From NCBI RefSeq assembly GCF_009914755.1, contig NC_060928.1: a stretch of 64,000 nt of DNA. One strand, given 5' to 3'. The translations under genes and the position numbers were made by a program. The stretch is from the human T2T-CHM13v2.0 reference genome, Homo sapiens. Below, piece after piece: positions 55,642 to 64,000 of the stretch. Numbering within the stretch: the first letter of the stretch is position 1; every line of letters begins with the position of its first letter. The notes beneath the pieces are model-generated. The model saw only the letters and a program-made list of their open reading frames with translations. It did not search any database and had not been told where the DNA came from.

Positions 55642-56565
55642 AAACTGAAATTCAACAAGGGAGGCCATATGTGCAGAGTGATGGGCTGGGGCCATGTCCC
55701 ATGTCCCTGGCTCCAATCCTGCCACCCTCCTATTGGGCCATTCCGCAACCAACTCAAAGTCACAAAATCATCTTGCATTAGCATGTTTCAGAAGCGCTCA
55801 AGGTTTGGATAAACCGACTATGCTAGACAGAAATTCTTCTTAAGTACCCTACGTGCAACAATTTCATAAACATTTACTATTCTGGGTCTATTTCTTTCTC
55901 TGAAACACCTACTGAGTTGATTGATAATTTATGCAATGGTAATATTCCACTGCATTTAAATCTAGGGGTACACACCTCTGCTCTAACGCTGCCTCTAATT
56001 TTCCTACCTCACTTTCCCTAAAGGAGTCAAAACTTGGTAGATATAAAAGAGTTACGGCAGCTAGAGCCTGGAGTTTAAAAGATAAAGAGTTGCTAGGGTC
56101 ACCCTAATGTATTCATATTGCACCTGTTATACATAGGACTTTTCTCCACTAATAGGCGATTAAATGTAAATCCTAATGTACATTTCATTTTATGTGCAAT
56201 ATGGGTGAGTTACTGTTGCTATAGAAACCTTCACTTTTGCATTTACTGATTTTAATTCTGTGACATTTGCTGACTTTAGTACAATGTAAAGTTTATAAAT
56301 ATAACATACAGGTTTGTGGAGGGTTTTTTTTTTAAGGATTCAATTTGCATAGCTAATTCTACCACAAATCTCTAGGTACATTAGGGGAAAAAGCATTAAA
56401 CTGATCCCTACCAACAGTAATCAGCAAAAACAAGGCTATTTCTAGAAATAAGTATTGCCATCGATCCTCAAAAATCTCTCCTCACTAACCAAATACTCCA
56501 TCCATTGTATAAACCTTTAACCATTGATTCAGTGAAAATTTCCCAATGTGGAATTTGTATAGTGC

Positions 56566-56935
<370 letters not shown>

Positions 56936-58039
56936 TAGTTGTCTTTGTGTCTTTGGAATCTAGCATAGTTCCCACTATGTGGAATAAACACATGCTTTCT
57001 AGGGATCTTTCAAGCTTTCCAGGTGTCCTTAAATTTTTTAAAATTCTCTGATTATTGCCATTTAACAGATATGGAAACTGAGACCCATTATGCAAATCAT
57101 CCGAAGTCATCTAGCAACTAACTGGGAAAGTCAATGCATCCATAAGAGTTTGTTAAACTGATGTGTGTTTATGATGAGCACCCAATACTTTTGAAGGTAT
57201 TCTCACAGGCATAGGTGAAAATTCTTGTCACTGTTAGAGATCCACAGAGAAATCAATTACTTTCTGTATATTCCTAGAAGAAACCTGGATTCAGGTAGCC
57301 ATACACATACATATATCAGTAGAAAACAGGGTGTGTACAAGAAACATTTTAAGTGATGTCATCAAAGCCTGAACAATCAATAGAAGAAATAAATTTAACC
57401 AATATTTGTTGAGCTTCTACATTGTGTCAGACACTGCTTAGTAACCTTGGAAGAGCAAAGTGTCTGCAGTTGTACCTAAAGAAGAGGAAAGGGGATAAAA
57501 CTATAATGCCATATTTAAAGCTTATAGGGAAAAGGAAGACAAACCAATCAAATGGCAAATGGCCCTAAAAGAATCACAAGAGCTTCTCAAAGACAAGAGG
57601 CAATTGAAGGAAAACAGAGCCACTAATAACCAAGGAGAAACAGAAATAATGAGATTCAAAAATGGCAAAGAGAATAAACTAAATCAATCTATGATTTAAA
57701 AAAATAAAAAGGATGTTGAACAAACTTGGAGTAATGAAGATATTGTAAAAGTTAAAGCCAATCAAAAGCAGGTAGGGGAAGGGGCTTGGGAAGTTCACAG
57801 ATCAGCAGAGGCAGAGGAGGCCATGGAGAAGTTGGACGTGGAGAATTGATGGGCATTGAGGATATGCTGTTACAGCAATTTCCAATGGATTCTGGGAACT
57901 GTATAGAGTGAACATCATTAAACTGTACAGTTATTTGGGGCTGGGGGACACATGTACATACTGTTGACAAGAATAGATAAAGATAAAGCCTGAGAAGGGT
58001 TCCTACTCTCTTATTCCAGTAACCATAGAGTTTGGCTGG

Positions 58040-58812
58040 AGACCACTTATACTCAACACCTTCCACGGCTAATCCATCGCCCATACAATTCACTGTCATC
58101 TTTTACCAGAAAACTATACAATCCTTCTCTAATATGTCCTTCTGCTTCTGCTTTTAAATCCTTTGAAGCCATTCTCTACTGAGCAGCCTGAGTGTTGTTT
58201 TCAAAATGTCATTCTAATGATGTACCTTCTCTCAGACCACCACCAAAAGGAGTACATTTTCCATTACTTTTAGAATTAAAACAAAAACCTAAAAAGCCAA
58301 AACCCTTAACATCCTATCTGTAGTCAAACACGGTCTGACCCCAACCTGCATCATCAGCTTCTTTGCTGTCTGAACTATGGACAATCAGCTCCCTCCTGCT
58401 ACAGGGCCTTTGTGCTTACTATTATTCTTTTAAAATGCCATCTTGGCATCGCATGTCCAATTTTTCTAGCTAAATCTCATTTGTTCTTTAAGTCTCAGCT
58501 AAAAATTCACTTCCTCAAAGGAGCCTTCCCTAACCACTATTGCCACCAATATAGGTCAGCTTTCCTTATTTATTTTACGCTTTCACAGAAACATGCTTGA
58601 TTCCTCTAGTGCACTGATTACATTGTGATAAATACTGCACATTTTATCCATTACAACTATACTTTAGTTAGTATGAGTTTTTAATTGCTGTACAGCCCCC
58701 TTACTTGATTGTAAATTTCCTGCAAGAAATGCCAATGTCTGTTTTTATGCGGTATTGTATGCTAAACACCTGGCTCTGCTTGATATAGATGTACCAAATG
58801 AGGGAATGAATA
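58040..58812 (+). mobile_element. L2 3' fragment
   Basis: 'ctccctcctgctacagggcctttgtgctt', 'tctttaagtctcagctaaaaattcacttcctc', ends 'gaatgaat'. Confidence 0.7.
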
Positions 58813-58953
58813 AGATGTTAATGGATCTGCTGAAGAACATATAATATTCCCTATTGCAATAAAGTCAGATCCAAAGTCCTCAGACAAACATTCAAAGACC
58901 TCTGACACCAGCCTCTATTATATCTGAGAAGGCAGCATTTTGGCAGGAGAGGA

Positions 58954-59459
58954 TGTGATGGTTAATTTTATGTGTCAACTTGACTGAGCCAAAGGATGCC
59001 CAGATACCTGGTTAAGCATTATCTCTGGGTATGTCTGTGAAGGTGTTTACTCTGAGATTAGGGTAGAACTCGCTGTTAGAATTGTTGTCTGGGTAAAGCA
59101 CACAGCCCTCCCCAGTGGGGGTGGGCACCATTCAATCTATAGAAGGCTTGAATAGAACAAAATGGCAGAGGAAAGTTGGCTTAACTCTGCCTGGCTGTTT
59201 AAGAGCTGGAATATTGATCTTTTCCTACTTTCAGTGCTTCTAGTTTCAGAGCTTCAGACTTGAACTGGAATTTATATCATCAGCTCTCTGGCCCTCAGGA
59301 CTTTAAACTATACCACCAGCTTTCTTGGGTCTCCAGCTTGCAAACAGCAGATCATGGGACTTCTCAGCTTCCATAACAATGTGAGTCTAGAGCTTACAAT
59401 GAATCTCTTCCTGGATATATACCCTATATCTGCTTTTCTGGAGAATTCTAACTAACACA
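58954..59459 (+). mobile_element. MLT2 (ERVL) solo LTR
   Basis: Starts tgtgatggttaattttatgtgtcaacttgactg, contains 'ctccagcttgcaaacagcagatcatgggacttctcagc', ends 'actaacaca'; TSD-like gagga / gaggg. Confidence 0.9.
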
Positions 59460-60338
59460 GAGGGAGTAGAGAAGTAAGGGTGTCTACCCTAGAAACAGGA
59501 AGCCAATTTAACATCTCCATGAAGCCTCATTCACACTGCATTCTATGGACATGGTACCCAAGCACGGAACACAGAGACAATGATGTCTCCTCTTGGTGTC
59601 CAACTCTCTTTACACCTGCAGAAACTTTCCTGTGCAGAAGTCAGCCAACCACATCCTATTCCTATGCCAGACGTGTTTGCTTGATGGCATCTCAGACCTT
59701 TATTTCCCCAAACCAGATGCCCTTCTTCTTTCCCAACAAATCCAAATCCTACAATCCCTTATCAAACCGATCCCAGCCTCCTCCATGACACATGGCCTAA
59801 ACATTCTTCTTTATGCACTGTATCTTAATGACAGAAGAGAATTTAGCACCATCTTAAAAATTCTTCATGGGTCCAGTCAAGATTTAGTGAAGATCAATTA
59901 GAATTCAGGTTCTGGGTGACTAAATTAAATCAAAACAGGCCTCCATTTCCTGTTGGGCAGTTTCCACACTGCAAAAAGGCAGCTGACCAAGGGGAGAAGG
60001 AACGGCTGAAATCCAGAGCACTTTGCTAAGCCCCATGGAGCTAATGTCTGCCAGGAAGACCAGGAAGCTTTTCATTTTCACAAAAGGGCCATAGGCTCAC
60101 TCAGAAGGAGCACGTTTTTCTAGTTTGCATAGACATGTCCCATAGCCTTCTGTGCCTGAAAAGAGAGGAACAGCGCTTGTCTGCATGGTGCTTATAGTTA
60201 GTTGCCTCTCCTACTCTGTGTAAACCTCGGAGCCTACTACTTCTTTCATATCCCTCATTCATTCAAGCACTATTTAGATTATCATTTCTGCCCTTGGCCC
60301 TGTGTCCTCTGCTGCTGATACAAAGATAAGCCAGGCGT

Positions 60339-60663
<325 letters not shown>

Positions 60664-60849
60664 TCACAGTGGATTCTCAGTAAACAGATACTGGTCCCAC
60701 AGTTGAATGTGGGGATCACTGAGGAACCAAAATCGAAGTCATCAGCCAATGAGAAGGCTTTGAATGCGTCTCACAGTGAGACTCAAGACCTTCTGTAACC
60801 TACCTGGGCCTCAGTGTCTTCATCTGTAAAGTGGGCGCTGTCTGGAGAG

Positions 60850-61090
60850 GCAGCGGAGCTGACAAGTGAAGTTCAGCTCTGAACTTGGGAACACCCAGGC
60901 TTAAGTCACAGAGATAGCTCTTGCTACCTCTGAAGCCCTGGGCTAATTACTAAGCCTCTCTCGGCCTCACTTATCTTATCTGAAAAATGGAGTGGATACC
61001 ACTACGTATCACAGTAGTGTGTGGCTTAATTGAGGCCATGATGTAAAGCACTTAGCTGTGGGACTAGCGATTGGTAAGTACTCAGCAGAT
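60850..61090 (+). mobile_element. MIR
   Basis: 'ctgggctaattactaagcctctctcggcctcac...atctgaaaaatgg...atgtaaagcacttagc'. Confidence 0.7.
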
Positions 61091-62022
61091 ATTCACCCTG
61101 ATTAGCATGGCTCCTGCTCCTGGATTTTTGAGATTTTCTTTCTTTTTTCATCCAGGCTCCTGCCTTCATCTTTATGGATTTCTAACCATTCAAGGCTTTG
61201 AATGATTTGCTTTCTTCCTAAAGTTCTCTCGATACTGTCATTCGGGGAGGGGAATTTGGGCCTTTTTTTTTTTTTTTTTAAGATTGACTAAGTAACCACC
61301 TGGAAGTTCCACATAAATTACTATGATTAACTTCCTGATAAGGATGAAATTTTCCACCCTCTACTCAGACAATTTCTCATGGCCAGAAAAAAAATGATTA
61401 TTTTTGCCACATCTGAAGTCTTCAGTGGACTTTAAAAAGCTGCTCTTTTTTTCTTTCTCCCTCACCCAAGGTTTAGATTACAATAAGTTAAGAGACCTAG
61501 TTGCAGCCATCACTGGGGCATTTATGCTTCCTAGCTTCACCTCCCTGTTTTGAGATGTTTACGCAGTCTAATTCCTCCTAAAATCATCAGAGATGTAGCA
61601 TTGTTAAGAAGTTAACAGTGCCTTCAATTAAACATAGGAATATGTGGGTCAAAATTTCCCACATAGCACAAGCAATTTAGGGTGTGAGTGTACATGTCTG
61701 TGCATGTGTATGCACGTGTGTGCATGTCTCAGTACCGCAATCCTGGCTGGGAAAACCTCTGTCCTCGCTGCTCTCAACAGCTCACTCTTGGCACCCTCAG
61801 TTATAACTGGAGGTTCAGCTGGCTACCTTCCCCACTAGGCTGTGAGCATCCTGAGGGCAGGGTTTATATATGGTCCTCCCTCACTGAGCACATAATAAAA
61901 AAAAGCTCAATAAGGTATTAAGGAATGAATGAGTCAATGCAATTCCATCCTAGACAACACAGGGTGCCACCATGAATGCTACTTCTTAAATGGTTTTAAA
62001 ATCAAAGCTGTAATAAAGCTAA

Positions 62023-62076
62023 CAGCAGAGTTCTTTCTTCTCTCCTTTTCAGCAGAGTTCTTTCTTCTCTCCTTTT
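62023..62076 (+). repeat. Perfect tandem duplication, 27-bp unit x2
   Basis: cagcagagttctttcttctctcctttt twice. Confidence 0.93.
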
Positions 62077-63854
62077 CCCCTGCCTCCATAAAAAAAAGTC
62101 ACAGGAAATATAGAATTAGGACTGGAAACCATTCCCCCTCCATTCTCTCCCCACCTCCCCCATTCTTTAGTTATCCTAAGGGTATCTGGTATCCCTTCAA
62201 GGAGGTCTCCAGAGACCAGGTAATATTATATAGGGTTAAGCTCCTTGGAAATACAATGGAGTGAATTAAGGCTGAGATTTCAGCTTCTAACGAAAAATGT
62301 CTTGACGTATCCTTTCAGACAAACACCTGGAAATATAATAAACTATATTTTAATGTTTATTTGTTTCAAATACAGTATTTTTTTTTCAACAGACAAATGT
62401 GAAGTTTTGAGTCCAGAAAAAAATAGGTTTAAATCACCATCCCAGCAAGCAGTTTTTAAAATAGTACACACAAGTGATCATTTCCATGCAGTTTAATGCA
62501 CTTAGCCAACAGGCATTAACAGTCTTTTCAGAATAACCTAACACCTGAAGCTTATTTTCTAGTCTTAGTTCAGATGAATTTTAACCTTTCTAAAAAAAAC
62601 TGGTGATGCAGGGCACCCACTGAACTCATAAATTTTAGTAGATTCTGCATTTGCATTTCGAGCTTATTTTATGAGGACGGAAAAAAAACAACCATCGAGC
62701 CTTCCTTTATGTGCGGGTTTTAAGACAATGGTTCCCAGAGCATTTTGAGGCAAAACATGGTCCTCTCCAGCCAGTTTGTGCCGAAAGGCAAGACACTGTG
62801 ACCAGCAAGATCCCTCACCAAAGAAGGTGGGAGAAAAAGAGCTGAAGGAGGCTCAGAAGAGGGCCAAAAATACGTTATTTACCTTGACTTTGTGTTGGAT
62901 GTGACAGGTTAAAAACAGAAATCAGCAGTCCATCTAACTGGGATCGTAGACTGCGGCTGAAGAGAGAACCTTGGTGTTCATAGCTCATCTAATCCAAGAA
63001 AGTCGAAAGAGGAAACAGACTCAGGGAAAGAAAATATTTCTCCGAGGCTTAAGTTTACAGAGGGAAGAAGGTACGAGAAAGATTCAAGAAAAACACACAT
63101 TCAATGCACAAAGCATATGGGCCTGCAATGGGGCATGAACTACCATGCAGTAGAGGGAAGAGCCACACCAGATACCCGCCCATTTAGGGCTTGGGACGTT
63201 CCTCTGATGTTGACAGATGATTTTTCCCATTCTATCAGTGTGGAAACTGAGTGTCAGAGACTCATGTCCCATGTGCTGGGTGAGGTCAGGTTTCACCGCT
63301 TCTTGCCTTTTTCTCTTCCCCATGCAGCCTTCTCCCTTGCCTCCCTGCCACATCACCGTGGGGTCCTCCTGCCAGGCTGACGGCCAGCACATCTCTTCTG
63401 GTTTCCCACACAGGTCCCAATTGTATCAAGGCAGGAAGAAAACTCAAGACTAGAGGCCCCAGGCCGCTAAACGATTCATGGCCCACATTGTAGACCTCAA
63501 GGATGGGCAAATAAAATGTCACAAGGCAAGTTACATCACCTTGGCTTACGGGAACTTTGCATCTTTAAAAAAAAAAATACCATGAAAATCCATCCTTTGC
63601 TTCAGACACACTAGGCTAAAAATAGCTCAGTCAGCCAGTAAGTGTGTGTAATTTTTCCTTTGTGCATCTCCCTATCCACTGATTTCTTCCTCTCAGCAGA
63701 CAGATGTGCTCCAAGACAGACCACCAGTCCACCCTCCACAAAGGGATCAGAGTGTTCTTGCTCAAAGGCATAGCAGATTGCTTCACTCCCCAGCCAACAC
63801 AAAACAAAATAAAACAAAACACTTTATTAGCTCCCTCGGCCCAATAGTAGACGC

Positions 63855-64000
63855 TAATACTGACTGAATCCGTACTATGTACCAGGTGTTGGTCTGAGGG
63901 CTTTCATGCCTTACCTCATTAAATTCCCTAAAACAACTCTGTGAGGCGGGGACTACTGTTGTCTCATTTTGCAGATGAGAAAACCAAGGCACGGAGAAGT
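63855..64000 (-). mobile_element. MIR (runs off the window end)
   Basis: 'tactatgtaccagg...ctcattttgcagatgagaaaaccaaggcacggagaagt'. Confidence 0.8.

Overview
This is primate (human or great ape) genomic DNA. It is AT-rich, CpG-depleted, and carries about 18 Alus (J, S and Y types), many ancient MIR and L2 fragments, old L1M pieces, MaLR/ERVL solo LTRs and hAT DNA-transposon relics. I cannot support any protein-coding gene, RNA gene or CRISPR array: the ORF track is explained by Alu, L1, LTR and simple-repeat translations or by chance. The window reads as a large intron or intergenic/lncRNA region, and I could not name the locus. I found no convincing new biological system. The most notable signals are: (1) a 186-bp, 97%-identical templated duplication (44119-44304 copied to 46956-47141) pasted into an MLT1 LTR with a junction micro-duplication; (2) a unique CpG-retaining element at about 38.2-38.6 kb with a well-formed 67-nt candidate exon; (3) two old dispersed duplications at 16.8/17.8 kb and 17.9/23.6 kb; (4) a mosaic AluS/AluY, a 55-bp-spaced inverted Alu pair and a re-used Alu target site; (5) a canonical-looking 90-nt minus-strand intron. 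Repeat subfamily names come from recalled consensus sequences, and boundaries of old repeats are approximate.
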